Assembly (NCBI GenBank): GCA_013112535.1
Contig: JABFGI010000001.1
Location: 581,243-645,242 of the forward strand
Direction: 5' to 3'
DNA: 64,000 bases
DNA from: Pseudomonadota bacterium
GTDB lineage: Bacteria; Pseudomonadota; Gammaproteobacteria; Eutrophobiales; Eutrophobiaceae
The translations under genes and the position numbers were made by a program. Below are positions 1-10,074 of this stretch, one piece after another (the stretch's first letter is position 1; each line of letters starts with the position of its first letter). Below the pieces are notes generated by a model, which was not told where the DNA came from, searched no databases, and saw only the letters and a program-made list of their open reading frames with translations.

Positions 1-804
1 CTGGAACTGCTAGCACGCCAGTCCAGTCGTGCAAATAAAATCCGGACAGGTGAATATAACTTGATGCCTGGGATCTTACCTGACGAGCTTTTGAATATTT
101 TTGTTTCAGGGAAAGTTGTTCAGTATTCAATGATATTAATTGAAGGGTGGCAAATTCATGAAATGCTTGCAGCAATCAAATTAAATGAAATTTTAGTAAA
201 GAAACTAGGTAGTTATAATCCGGATACCTTGATGAAAGAATTAGGTTACCCCGAAAAAAGCGCGGAAGGACTTTTTTTCCCCGATACCTATCACTTTCCC
301 AAAGGAACCAGTGATGTTGAGTTCCTGAAACGAGCTTACGACAAACTTCAGAAAGTATTGGACGAAGAATGGCAGAATCGTGATCCAAACTTGCCTTATC
401 AAAGTCCTTATGAAGCATTAATCATGGCATCCATCATTGAAAAAGAAACCGGTCTGGCTAGTGAACGTAAGACCATTGCCGGTGTTTTCGTACGACGTCT
501 TAACAAAAACATGAAATTGCAAACTGATCCTACCGTGATTTATGCAATGGGAAGCCATTTTAATGGCAACATAAGAAGGAAAGATCTTAAGATTGATTCT
601 CCCTACAATACCTACCGTTACAAAGGTTTGCCTCCCAGTCCTATTTCATTGGTCGGACGTGAAGCTATTCATGCCGCATTACATCCTGAAGACGGAAAAG
701 CTTTATACTTTGTGGCTAAGGGCGATGGCTCCCATTATTTCTCTGAAAGCTTGGCTGAACATAATCGTGCTGTTGTAAAATATCAGATAAAAAAGGGTAA
801 ATAG
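1..804 (+). CDS. mltG: Endolytic murein transglycosylase MltG/YceG. The 5' end is truncated at the window edge, so only the C-terminal ~267 aa are present.
   Basis: Frame is open from nt 1. The YceG-type GEY motif (IRTGEY) lies just before the annotated Met. Synteny with tmk-holB downstream. Confidence 0.8.
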   Translation: MELLARQSSRANKIRTGEYNLMPGILPDELLNIFVSGKVVQYSMILIEGWQIHEMLAAIKLNEILVKKLGSYNPDTLMKELGYPEKSAEGLFFPDTYHFPKGTSDVEFLKRAYDKLQKVLDEEWQNRDPNLPYQSPYEALIMASIIEKETGLASERKTIAGVFVRRLNKNMKLQTDPTVIYAMGSHFNGNIRRKDLKIDSPYNTYRYKGLPPSPISLVGREAIHAALHPEDGKALYFVAKGDGSHYFSESLAEHNRAVVKYQIKKGK

Positions 805-806
805 AA

Positions 807-1427
807 ATGCAACGAGGCTTATTCGTGACGTTAGAAGGTGTTGAAGGCGCAGGAAAAAGCACGCTTATGGCATATATTGCAGAAATATTTACCGATGCTG
901 ATAACAAAGTCATACAAACACGCGAACCTGGCGGAACTCAAACAGGTGAACAAATTAGAGCTATTTTATTAGATAAAAACAATGTCGGTGTTATCGATGA
1001 TACCGAGTTGATGTTGATGTTTGCTGCCCGCGCTCAGCATATCAACGAAATAATAAAGCCGGCTCTAGCATCAAGTAAGGTTGTTATTTGCGATCGTTTT
1101 ACCGATGCCAGTTATGCTTATCAAGGTGGAGGTCGAGGCATAGACCCAGCGCGCATTGAAATTCTTGAAGACTGGGTGCAACAGGGATTAAAACCCGATT
1201 TGACGATATTATTCGATTTAGATGTCGAAACAGGTTTAAGACGTGCTGGAAACAGGAGTGAAGTCGATCGCTTTGAACAGGAAGAAATCAGTTTTTTTGA
1301 ACGAATACGTAGCTGTTATCTTGAACGAGCTAAAAATGAACCAGAGCGTTTTCGTATCATCGATTCATCGCAATCCTTTGATAATGTTAAACAACAAATT
1401 CAAGATATTTTAAAAGACTATCTATAA
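807..1427 (+). CDS. tmk: Thymidylate kinase
   Basis: P-loop LEGVEGAGKST, DRF/DASYAYQG motifs, 206 aa; canonical position before holB. Confidence 0.9.
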   Translation: MQRGLFVTLEGVEGAGKSTLMAYIAEIFTDADNKVIQTREPGGTQTGEQIRAILLDKNNVGVIDDTELMLMFAARAQHINEIIKPALASSKVVICDRFTDASYAYQGGGRGIDPARIEILEDWVQQGLKPDLTILFDLDVETGLRRAGNRSEVDRFEQEEISFFERIRSCYLERAKNEPERFRIIDSSQSFDNVKQQIQDILKDYL

Positions 1428-1440
1428 TGGATATTTATCA

Positions 1441-2445
1441 ATGCTGACATATCCCTGGCAGGAAAAACAAAAACAACGCTTGTTAGAAATGCAACATCAG
1501 GATCGTCTTCCGCATGCCTTGCTCTTATGCGGCCCAGAAGGCATTGGTTTGAACGAGTTTGCCCGTACATTTGCCATGCAAATGCTATGTTTATCGAAAG
1601 ATATTGATTCTGGACATGCTTGTGGCACCTGTCAGAGCTGCCAATTATTCACTGCAGGTTCACATCCTGATATATCCCTCATTGAGCCAGAAGAAGAAGG
1701 TAAACAACTTAAAATTGCTCAAATACGCGAGTTGATTGAGTACGTTACATTAAAAAGTTTTTCCGGAAAATTAAAAATAGCGATCATTGAACCAGCGGAC
1801 GCAATGAATCGTGCAACAGCAAATGCGCTACTAAAAACACTGGAAGAACCCCCTCCACAATCAATGTTGTTTTTGTTGAGTCATAGACCTACCAATTTAC
1901 CGATAACCATAAGAAGCCGCTGTCAACGAGTCGATTTTGAACCTGCATTGGATCAAACAGCAATAAACTGGCTGAATTCACAATCGTATGAATCAAATCT
2001 CCCGGCAGAAGTATTGTTGCGTTTAGCTGGCGGTGGTCCCCTGAAAGCACTATCCATGCTTGAAGACAAACAGTTACAACATCGATATACCTTACTTAAG
2101 GATTTGAAATCATTAACGAAAAAAAAGGTCGATCCCGTTCAGATTGCTTCCAGCTGGCAAGCACTGGGTAGCGAAAATATCTTTATCACATTAATGCGAT
2201 TAATTCAGGATTTGATTCGACTGAAATTGCAACAGGAACGGGCAAATCTGGTGAACCTTGACTTGAAAGAAGACTTGCAAGACCTTGTAAATTCATTAGA
2301 CTTGGTTGCGTTAGTCAGAAATTACGATTTTGTGTTATTTAAATATCAACAATCAACTGGGCCAATGAATTACAATGTTTTGAGCCTGTTTGAAGAAATC
2401 GTAGTTAACTGGAATAAACCCAAAACAGCAAAATATTGTTTGTAG
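1441..2445 (+). CDS. holB: DNA polymerase III delta-prime subunit
   Basis: 334 aa; HALLLxGPxGxG, CxxCxxC zinc module (CGTCQSC), clamp-loader AAA+ fold pattern; follows tmk. Confidence 0.85.
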   Translation: MLTYPWQEKQKQRLLEMQHQDRLPHALLLCGPEGIGLNEFARTFAMQMLCLSKDIDSGHACGTCQSCQLFTAGSHPDISLIEPEEEGKQLKIAQIRELIEYVTLKSFSGKLKIAIIEPADAMNRATANALLKTLEEPPPQSMLFLLSHRPTNLPITIRSRCQRVDFEPALDQTAINWLNSQSYESNLPAEVLLRLAGGGPLKALSMLEDKQLQHRYTLLKDLKSLTKKKVDPVQIASSWQALGSENIFITLMRLIQDLIRLKLQQERANLVNLDLKEDLQDLVNSLDLVALVRNYDFVLFKYQQSTGPMNYNVLSLFEEIVVNWNKPKTAKYCL

Positions 2446-2456
2446 GAGTAACATAA

Positions 2457-2810
2457 ATGGCTGCAGGCCGTGACGCGAGACAAGGTATTTTATCTCTCAC
2501 CATTCGAGATAAAAGTGCACTTTATGCTTCTTATATGCCTTTTGTTAAAAATGGCGGACTTTTTATTCCTACAGCAAAAGATTATAAATTGGGCGACGAA
2601 GTTTTTATGCTGCTAACGCTAACCGATACCAAGGATAAATTGCCAGTGGCCGGAAAAGTTGTCTGGATTACGCCGAAAGGTGCTCAAGGGAACAAAACGG
2701 CAGGAATCGGTGTTCAGTTTAGTGAACTCGATAAAGGTGCGACCAAAAGTAAAATCGAAAAATCACTAGCCGGCGCATTGAAATCTGATCGTCCAACTCA
2801 TACCATGTGA
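2457..2810 (+). CDS. pilZ: Type IV pilus assembly PilZ-domain protein
   Basis: 117 aa; conserved location after holB as in Pseudomonas, Xanthomonas and Legionella; PilZ-like sequence. Confidence 0.7.
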   Translation: MAAGRDARQGILSLTIRDKSALYASYMPFVKNGGLFIPTAKDYKLGDEVFMLLTLTDTKDKLPVAGKVVWITPKGAQGNKTAGIGVQFSELDKGATKSKIEKSLAGALKSDRPTHTM

Positions 2811-2859
2811 TTTTGACAAGCAAACCGTAACCTACTGTTTTCAAATAAATTATCCAGTT

Positions 2860-3633
2860 GTGCCTTCTCTGATAGATTCCCATTGCCATATCCCTTTGCT
2901 TAGCGAGGATATGGCGGTTGAAGAGATACTCAAAAACGCCAAAGAAAACGATATTTCACATCTGCTTTGTGTTGCTATCGACCTTGATGGCTCACCAGAT
3001 ATTATTAAATTAGCCCAAAAGTACGAGATGGTGTCCGCATCCGTGGGAATTCATCCAAATACCGATCTTGTCGATGAAGCATCTATAGAGGATATCATTA
3101 ACCTGGCCAATACAGATGAAGTCGTAGGTGTCGGAGAAACGGGATTAGACTATTTTCGTAGCGAAGGTGATTTGGAATGGCAACGAGACCGGTTTCGTAC
3201 CCATATCACCGCTGCAAAAGAGTTGAACAAGCCGCTCATTATTCATACCAGAGAAGCAAAAGACGATGTTATCAAGATATTGAAGGAGGAGGGAGCAGAT
3301 GAGGTTGGCGGTGTGATGCATTGTTTCGTAGAAGATTGGGAAACAGCACAGGCGGCAATGGATTTAAATTTTCTTATTTCCTTTTCCGGTATTGTTACAT
3401 TTAAAAATGCCAGGGAATTACAGGATGTCGCAAAACAGGTTCCTTTAGAGCAGATGTTGGTAGAGACCGACTCACCGTATCTTGCGCCAATGCCATTTAG
3501 AGGTAAAACGAATCAACCGGCCTATGTTCGTCATGTTGCTGAATTTATCGCAAATTTGAGAAATATAGAGTTTGACGAAGTCGCAAATCAAACCAGCAAT
3601 AATTACAATAAATTATTCAATAAAATCAAATAA
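2860..3633 (+). CDS. TatD-family metal-dependent hydrolase/DNase (YcfH-like)
   Basis: N-terminal IDSHCH metal-binding motif, 257 aa, TIM-barrel TatD pattern (HTREA, ETDSPYLAP). Confidence 0.85.
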   Translation: MPSLIDSHCHIPLLSEDMAVEEILKNAKENDISHLLCVAIDLDGSPDIIKLAQKYEMVSASVGIHPNTDLVDEASIEDIINLANTDEVVGVGETGLDYFRSEGDLEWQRDRFRTHITAAKELNKPLIIHTREAKDDVIKILKEEGADEVGGVMHCFVEDWETAQAAMDLNFLISFSGIVTFKNARELQDVAKQVPLEQMLVETDSPYLAPMPFRGKTNQPAYVRHVAEFIANLRNIEFDEVANQTSNNYNKLFNKIK

Positions 3634-4765
3634 TTGAATATAGTATTTCAAGTCCTTTATTAATACATTTTTGACTAGTATAAAAGTGAGGGGAAAAACG
3701 TAAACCGCCAGCTCGATTTGCACAAATCACATTATTTTTCATTAACTTAGAATAGAGTTGGTTCATATCTTTAGCCTCGATACTAAACGTGACAATGCCT
3801 GCATAGTCAGGTTTTACACTTGGAGAGATAAAGATTAAATTTTCTATATTTTTAATATTATCAATAATATATGAAGTATTATTAATTATATTTCTAGATA
3901 TTTTTTCAATTCCAACTTCTTCAATAAGAGATAAACTGGCTGATAGGGCATGAATTCCCAGCATATTTGGACTACCGCACTCAAAACGTTGAGCCGTATC
4001 AGTCACTTGCCAATCCTTGACGGTATAATTTCCAACATCTTTGACCATGTGCCAACCAAACTGATGTAATTCCAATAAATCTCTTACTTCCTCTTTACAG
4101 TAGAATAGGGCGATCCCCTCTGGCCCCAACATCCATTTATGTGCATCAGCCATAACGAAATCAGCATTGATAGACTGTACATCAAAGGGCAAGGCGCCCA
4201 GACTTTGAATAGCGTCAACACAAAACAGAATGTTATTTTCACTGCAAAAATCGCCTAATTGCTTCAGATTAATCACTTTTCCTGTCCCGTATTGAACTGA
4301 ACTTATTGTGATTAAACGTGTTTTGTTATCGCAGGCATTTATTAGAGCTTGTTCAGGTGAGACATCCGTTGTTAGATCAATTTCCCTAAACTCAACGCCA
4401 TGTCTAGCTTGTGCTAGCCAGGGAAAGCGATTAGATGGAAATTCTTCATTACTACTGACAATGTTATCGCCAGATTGCCAGTTTAAACCTGATGCAACGA
4501 CTGACAACGCTTCTGATGTGTTTTTTAATAATGCAATATCGTTTGACGAAGGAGCATTAATTAAACGCTGTAATTGCCCACGCAATCTCTTTTCCGTGTC
4601 CAGCCAGGTTAGATAATTTCGTGCGCCGAAATAAGTGTTTTCTTCTGAGAACGCTTTGACAGCATGAGAGGTGCGAAGCGGCCAGGGAGATACCGCAGCG
4701 TGATTCAAATAGACTATATCTTCATCTAATGGAAATTCTTCTGAAATTATTTTATCAATGCTCAT
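3626..4765 (-). CDS. Class V aminotransferase-fold PLP-dependent enzyme (cysteine desulfurase / epimerase-like)
   Basis: 379 aa; PLP-lysine context ADAHKWMLGPEG, class V fold signature. Confidence 0.7.
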   Translation of the reverse strand: MSIDKIISEEFPLDEDIVYLNHAAVSPWPLRTSHAVKAFSEENTYFGARNYLTWLDTEKRLRGQLQRLINAPSSNDIALLKNTSEALSVVASGLNWQSGDNIVSSNEEFPSNRFPWLAQARHGVEFREIDLTTDVSPEQALINACDNKTRLITISSVQYGTGKVINLKQLGDFCSENNILFCVDAIQSLGALPFDVQSINADFVMADAHKWMLGPEGIALFYCKEEVRDLLELHQFGWHMVKDVGNYTVKDWQVTDTAQRFECGSPNMLGIHALSASLSLIEEVGIEKISRNIINNTSYIIDNIKNIENLIFISPSVKPDYAGIVTFSIEAKDMNQLYSKLMKNNVICANRAGGLRFSPHFYTSQKCINKGLEILYSII

Positions 4766-4832
4766 GGTATTGACTTGAAGTCTGTTCTATAGTTTATTGA
4801 TTATATACACTATAGATGTAAACGCTAAATAT

Positions 4833-5276
4833 ATGAAAATATTATCTTTTACAATGCTCTCGATTCTATCTTTCTCATTACATGCTGTAGAATTCCATAG
4901 CTGTACTGATAATAACGGTCAGACTCATTTTACAAATTTACCACTAACCAGTCTCAATTCTAACTGTACGCCAAAAGATTATTATTCAGAAATACTTAAT
5001 CAAGACTACCAAAACCTGTCTAATGAGTATGCAAAGTACGATAATCATTCAGAAAAAGAGGGTGACGATACATCCGAACTCTTTGAAATTGGGAAAATTG
5101 ATATTTCATCCGGTACTCTAAGCAATAAAGTTCAGGATATCTTTGACCCAGATAAAGCTTTACAAGAATTAATGGAATCTACTGAGAATCGTGATGATGC
5201 CTTTACCAGAGCTATGAGAGGTCGTGCCAAGGGGATACAATCGATAATCGATCAAGAAAACATTAAAAAGCCATAA
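4833..5276 (+). CDS. Secreted DUF4124-like hypothetical protein (longer ORF from 4797)
   Basis: Signal peptide MKILSFTMLSILSFSLHA, followed by a DUF4124-like motif (HSCTDNNGQTHFTNLP). Confidence 0.45.
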   Translation: MKILSFTMLSILSFSLHAVEFHSCTDNNGQTHFTNLPLTSLNSNCTPKDYYSEILNQDYQNLSNEYAKYDNHSEKEGDDTSELFEIGKIDISSGTLSNKVQDIFDPDKALQELMESTENRDDAFTRAMRGRAKGIQSIIDQENIKKP

Positions 5277-5293
5277 TAATCAAAAAGATAGGG

Positions 5294-5309
5294 CTATCTA
5301 GCTATATAC
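5294..5309. repeat. 16-bp direct repeat CTATCTAGCT(A/G)(T/G)ATAC, copy 1 (copy 2 at 5614-5629), flanking the MCP remnant
   Basis: 14/16 identical, 320 bp apart. Confidence 0.35.
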
Positions 5310-5541
5310 TATTTCCAAATTGCTCGACTAAATTATGCAATCGTTTTATTTCCTGATCCACATTATTGCTAGCTTCAGTAATCATTTGTGTTCCTTTTAC
5401 AGTATGTTCTGAAAGCTCACTGATTTGCATCATATTTACATTTATTTCTTCAGATACAACACTTTGTTCTTCTGCGGCTGTCGAGATTTGTGCTGACATC
5501 TGTGTAATGACATTTACTATAGAAAGAGCATCCTTATTCAA
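5302..5541 (-). pseudogene. Remnant of a methyl-accepting chemotaxis protein (C-terminal signalling-domain fragment only, 79 aa)
   Basis: MCP signalling-domain C-terminal motifs STAAEEQS...EEIN...I(S)EL; no sensor, TM or HAMP region upstream; flanked by 16-bp direct repeats. Confidence 0.6.
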
Positions 5542-5675
5542 TGAATAGACTTAAATATCCTGCATGATCTATCGTCAAACTAAAGAAACACTTTGAAATA
5601 TAAATGCTTAAGACTATCTAGCTGGATACGAATAGAACTTTACTTGTGGGCTATGCTACATTATTAACTGCGCAT

Positions 5676-5696
5676 AATATATATTATGTTAAATAG
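5676..5696. repeat. 21-bp perfect direct repeat AATATATATTATGTTAAATAG (left copy; right copy at 7370-7390), a candidate attL/attR
   Basis: Exact 21/21 identity. The two copies bracket the integrase gene plus one small ORF. Confidence 0.55.
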
Positions 5697-5778
5697 AATT
5701 AATATACACTTTGTAGGATAAAACGAAGCCTAATCAAAGGTTTAGCGGCTCACTAGGAGCACCCATTACTACATTGTT

Positions 5779-6726
5779 ATGTTAAAAAGTCATTATCGTA
5801 AAATTTCTGATAAAGACGCCCTATTATTGTTCGATAAATATCAACAACGAATAGGACGTTCAAACAGCACACGTCGAGGGTATCAATCCCACTTGGTGTA
5901 CTGGTCAACATTTGTCGACGATCTATTACACCCTTCACGCAATGATCTCCATCGCTGGTTGGCCGATCGTCGGTGCCAAATTAGTCAATCGAGTTTGAAT
6001 GGCCAACTGAGTGCGCTTCGTCAGTTTTATCGCTGGCTGTATGAATTTAAATATTGTGTTTCGGATTTCAGTCCATACATCCCTAAACCGGGACGAATCA
6101 AACGCCTGGCAGAGCCACGGCACCTGACACCCTTTGAATTGGGCTGTTTGTTGGCTGCGCCCGATATGACCACTTTGGTTGGTTTTCGTGATCACGTCAT
6201 GATGCGTCTGATGTATGAAACAGGACTGAAATCGTATGAATTGATTACGTTGACGTTCTACAGTATCGAAGAGATCGGATTTATTCGTATTTATACAGCC
6301 GGGCTTCGTGATTTCCGTTATGTCCCGATATCGGAAGAAATGTCGAATTTGATCAAAATATGGGTCGATATACGTCGTACAACTATACCTCGACGCATTG
6401 ATATTTTGTTTGTGACGAATAAAGGCAAGCCCTTTTCGAGTTCGAACAGTATCTGGATCATTGTGAATCGCTATGTTCAAGCCGCTTTGGGACTCAGAAG
6501 AGGTTATGACACCCTGCTTCGCACTCATAAAAATGTCCCTTGGAGTCACGAGTCCCCACATCTTTTTCGTGCGAGTTTTGCGCATCATCTTTTGCAATCG
6601 GGTTGTGATTTGATTGCCGTTCGAGACATGATGGGACACGTCGATGTCAAAACCACGATGACGTATCTGGGGATAGATCTGGATTATATTAAGCAAGAGC
6701 ATGCGAAATTATTTATGAATTGCTAA
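5779..6726 (+). CDS. Tyrosine-type site-specific recombinase / phage integrase family (XerC/D-like)
   Basis: N-terminal SAM-like core-binding domain. C-terminal catalytic box ...LFRASFAHHLLQSGCDLIAVRDMMGHVDVKTTMTYLGI (R...HxxR...H...Y). Confidence 0.85.
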   Translation: MLKSHYRKISDKDALLLFDKYQQRIGRSNSTRRGYQSHLVYWSTFVDDLLHPSRNDLHRWLADRRCQISQSSLNGQLSALRQFYRWLYEFKYCVSDFSPYIPKPGRIKRLAEPRHLTPFELGCLLAAPDMTTLVGFRDHVMMRLMYETGLKSYELITLTFYSIEEIGFIRIYTAGLRDFRYVPISEEMSNLIKIWVDIRRTTIPRRIDILFVTNKGKPFSSSNSIWIIVNRYVQAALGLRRGYDTLLRTHKNVPWSHESPHLFRASFAHHLLQSGCDLIAVRDMMGHVDVKTTMTYLGIDLDYIKQEHAKLFMNC

Positions 6727-7245
6727 ATCGGCTTCACATATATTTTTAAGCTCATCAACTGCTTCATCTAACTTTCTAAGTACCTCTTCTTTTGTTTTAT
6801 CAATTGAAATTCCATCTCTAATTTTTATGAGTAAATCTGACATAGCTAAAATGGTTAAACAATGAAAACCAAAATCATCACTATCATTGAATAAAAACTC
6901 TGCACCAGCAGTCTTAGCCATAAATTCAGCTCTATCATCATTAGTAATGAAATTTGGTATATGTTTAATTTGAAATGCATACGAATTAATAGCGCCATAA
7001 ATTTCATATCGCTTTTCAAACATTTCATACTTTAATCGTGATTGATTAATCTGTAATTGTTTGCGAGCTAAATAGACACCAATAAGTCCAATTATCAATG
7101 GGATAGAAATATTTGATGCAAGCTGAATATAATCAAATACAGATGCACTTGATTGGGGAAAAGAAGTTACCGCGATTTCGTGCGTGACCGTTTCATATGG
7201 TGTCTTCCATTCGTTCGGAAGATATTCAATTGTTTCATAAGCCAT
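6709..7245 (-). CDS. Hypothetical single-pass membrane protein, convergent with the integrase
   Basis: 178-aa ORF with one hydrophobic helix (ISIPLIIGLIGVYLA); no recognisable family. Confidence 0.35.
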   Translation of the reverse strand: MAYETIEYLPNEWKTPYETVTHEIAVTSFPQSSASVFDYIQLASNISIPLIIGLIGVYLARKQLQINQSRLKYEMFEKRYEIYGAINSYAFQIKHIPNFITNDDRAEFMAKTAGAEFLFNDSDDFGFHCLTILAMSDLLIKIRDGISIDKTKEEVLRKLDEAVDELKNICEADLAIHK

Positions 7246-7369
7246 CTAACTTCTCCTTATTATTAGATCCTGTTTTCTTTATATCTGAAAACTTTACTAA
7301 TAATAACTGTTATTGTTAAATAACCCCTTTGAAAGCCGCTAAATATCTAATTTATATAGCAAAAATCCC

Positions 7370-7390
7370 AATATATATTATGTTAAATAG
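7370..7390. repeat. Right copy of the 21-bp direct repeat AATATATATTATGTTAAATAG
   Basis: Exact match to 5676-5696. Confidence 0.55.
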
Positions 7391-8455
7391 CTAATTGATA
7401 TGGTTAAAGAGAAACCCTAACAGTAATATTTGCGGCAAAGTGACCAGCGGTAAGAATAAAGGAATAATCCAACGACCTGTTGTGTCTTTAAGTACCATGA
7501 TCTCGGTGTAATCCGTTGCGACGCCTGCCATAAGAAACGTAAAACTATTACCAGGTGCATTTGCGCGCGTAAGTAAATCTGCAGAGATTGGTACTGACCC
7601 TTCTGAACACACTTCGATGACGGTTGCAGCCAGCAACGTTAATGCTAAACCGATTAAAGATGGCCCAAAATAAGTCTGGAAAAATTCAAGACTGACAAAG
7701 GTTCTGATTAATGATGCCAGAATAATCCCGAGAAATATCCAGCGTAAAACCATGCGTGAATCTTTTACGCCCTGTAAAAGCATTTTTGATAACCATGGAA
7801 ATGTAAAATTGAATCTTTTAAGTGCCAGTTTTGATTGTGCAATTATTTTAAAGTCTTCTGGTATATCAACGCGGTTTGGATTATCTGGTAATACATTCCG
7901 TTTGACCAATAATTCAAAAATTAATCCCGAGATAATGCCTATCAGCATGGATGCTATAAGAAATACAATCATCCATTTAAAGCCAATTAATGCCCAGAGA
8001 ATTAGCGTTAATGAAAATGAGTTCCATGGACTGGCAATTAAAAAAGCCATAACTTGTCCTGTACTAGCGCCTTTTTGGTAAAGTTTAGAACCGACCATTA
8101 ATATGCCGTGGCTACATAGATCGAGTAATACACCGGCAAATGTTGCTCGAATAACCCCACCTATTCCATCTTTACGGCCTAACAAAGCAATAATAAATTC
8201 CCGGGGTATTTGCCCTAAAAGCGCTATAAATAAAATACCAATGAGAATTCCCCAATACATGGTATTAATAAGGGTAAAACTGGATTCTACAAACGACTTT
8301 AAGTAAGGTGATGCTCCAAAAATTGATTCTGGTAATAAATTGAAAAGATAAGCGATGATAATTATCGATGATGTACTAATTAATAAATAATCGCGTTTAT
8401 TACCTGTTTCATGACAGGATTGTTTTGGTTCTTCTTTGTGGCAACAGTTACTCAT
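7391..8455 (-). CDS. Predicted permease (COG0701/DUF318-like multi-TM protein)
   Basis: 354 aa, about 8-10 hydrophobic helices, Cys-rich N-terminus (MSNCCHKE...SCHE), motif EVCSEGSVPI reminiscent of DUF318 permeases. Confidence 0.45.
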   Translation of the reverse strand: MSNCCHKEEPKQSCHETGNKRDYLLISTSSIIIIAYLFNLLPESIFGASPYLKSFVESSFTLINTMYWGILIGILFIALLGQIPREFIIALLGRKDGIGGVIRATFAGVLLDLCSHGILMVGSKLYQKGASTGQVMAFLIASPWNSFSLTLILWALIGFKWMIVFLIASMLIGIISGLIFELLVKRNVLPDNPNRVDIPEDFKIIAQSKLALKRFNFTFPWLSKMLLQGVKDSRMVLRWIFLGIILASLIRTFVSLEFFQTYFGPSLIGLALTLLAATVIEVCSEGSVPISADLLTRANAPGNSFTFLMAGVATDYTEIMVLKDTTGRWIIPLFLPLVTLPQILLLGFLFNHIN

Positions 8456-8525
8456 ATTGGTTAAACAAAATTTATCTTAAGCTATATAATTCGTTCATTA
8501 AAATACAATAATAACACTCCTCAAA

Positions 8526-10013
8526 ATGAATTCATTACCCAGAAACTGGTTTATTGCAGCCTTAATTTGTCATTTATTAGCAGCGTGGTTCAGCGTCGGA
8601 CATTATCATGATGATGAATATGCTCAAATCCTGAATTTTGCCACAGCAAAAGTTGGAATTGATATGCAAAGCCAACTGATGTGGGAATTTGAAGCCGGTG
8701 TACGAAGTGGTTTTCAGCCCTTTGTCGCTTATGTTTTGTCTAAAACCAGTAGTTTAGCTGGAATAGACTCTCCATTCTTTCTTGCATTTATTTATCGGTT
8801 AATTAGCGCGGCTATTTCATTATTCGCAACCATTATCTATATCAAATCAATCGCAAGCGAAATAACGTCTAAAAGTGCGCTAAAGTGGACCATATTTTTT
8901 CTATTCTTCTCATGGCTTGTAATCTTCACTAATGTTCGTTTTTCATCTGAAGGTTGGGCATGTTCCTTCTTTTTAATGGCGGTGGGTTTATATCGCTACC
9001 CTTCTGCCGCCACAAAGACACGATTTCTTCTTGTCGGTTTATGCTTCGGACTCGCCTTTTTAGCCCGTTATCAAATGGGATTTGCCTTATTAGGTTTTGG
9101 TTTATGGATGTTATTTATCAATAAGCAGAAACCGATCAATATAATTTATATATTATTAGCAGGATTTGTAACGTTAATTATTGGCTCTGGTTTTGACTAT
9201 TGGTTATATGGCGAACCAACGATTAGTTCATGGAACTACTTTATCTGGCATTATAATGGATTGGGCGGAGGCATCAGTGAAGCGTTACCAGAGCCATGGT
9301 GGTTTTATGCTTATTATTCTGCTGTACAGATTACCCCTCCCCTGACTTTACTTCTACCTTTTGCCATTATTGGTTTTTGGTTTATGTTTCCACGACACCC
9401 TATAACATGGTTAAGCATTCCTTTTGTTCTATTCCATACCCTGTTTGGTCATAAAGAAATGCGTTATTTATTTCCACTTTTACCATTTGCGCCATTCATG
9501 TTTGCAATGGTGGCAATCAAGTTAAATGAAAGATACCTCTTATTAAAAAGAAACTTCTTCAAATATTTATGGAGATTTATTTTATGGTCTTCAGTTATCG
9601 TAAATGGTCTTTTAGTTATTCTGGTTTTTTCACTGCCTGCCAGTAAAGAAGTTGCTCTATGGCAAAACTGTCTTGGAACATTGTCACAAGATCGCGAACC
9701 GCTGCTGATGGTTCTGGATCAAGATGGTTCGTATTCCGATCCGGCAGAATTAAATATGGATTTTTACAATATAAATAAACTTGAAATTATTTCAGTTAAA
9801 GATGAAAGTCATATCAATGAGTTAATGATTAAGCATCCTCAGCGAGAATTATTTTATGCTTCACGTAAACAAAATCGTAGTCGACAACTTGATGAAGCAG
9901 GCTTGTCACACGAATTAATTTGTCAGGCGTTACCAAACTGGATATTGAAAATTAATATAAACAACTGGACCTCTCGAGCCAGTATGTGGCGAATTTGGGC
10001 AGTTACAAATTAG
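8526..10013 (+). CDS. GT-C-fold membrane glycosyltransferase, Alg9/PIG-B (GT22)-like mannosyltransferase family
   Basis: 495 aa polytopic protein; N-terminal loop motif HYHDDEYAQ matches the GT22 HxDE(H/Y)FQ signature. Confidence 0.5.
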   Translation: MNSLPRNWFIAALICHLLAAWFSVGHYHDDEYAQILNFATAKVGIDMQSQLMWEFEAGVRSGFQPFVAYVLSKTSSLAGIDSPFFLAFIYRLISAAISLFATIIYIKSIASEITSKSALKWTIFFLFFSWLVIFTNVRFSSEGWACSFFLMAVGLYRYPSAATKTRFLLVGLCFGLAFLARYQMGFALLGFGLWMLFINKQKPINIIYILLAGFVTLIIGSGFDYWLYGEPTISSWNYFIWHYNGLGGGISEALPEPWWFYAYYSAVQITPPLTLLLPFAIIGFWFMFPRHPITWLSIPFVLFHTLFGHKEMRYLFPLLPFAPFMFAMVAIKLNERYLLLKRNFFKYLWRFILWSSVIVNGLLVILVFSLPASKEVALWQNCLGTLSQDREPLLMVLDQDGSYSDPAELNMDFYNINKLEIISVKDESHINELMIKHPQRELFYASRKQNRSRQLDEAGLSHELICQALPNWILKININNWTSRASMWRIWAVTN

Positions 10014-10074
10014 TTTAAAGCACGGTTTTCTTTTGCTTTGCCGCTAATTCGGCCTCGTTATTGCATTATGTTGT

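Larger units (their letters stand above)
5676..7390 (+). mobile_element. Putative 1.7 kb mini integrative element: tyrosine recombinase plus one small ORF bounded by 21-bp direct repeats
   Basis: Perfect direct repeats at 5676-5696 and 7370-7390; an integrase is inside; the neighbouring gene is an MCP remnant. Confidence 0.45.

Noticed and set aside
5935-6702. 255-aa minus-strand ORF
   Set aside because: It is antisense to the well-supported tyrosine recombinase gene and has no recognisable motifs.
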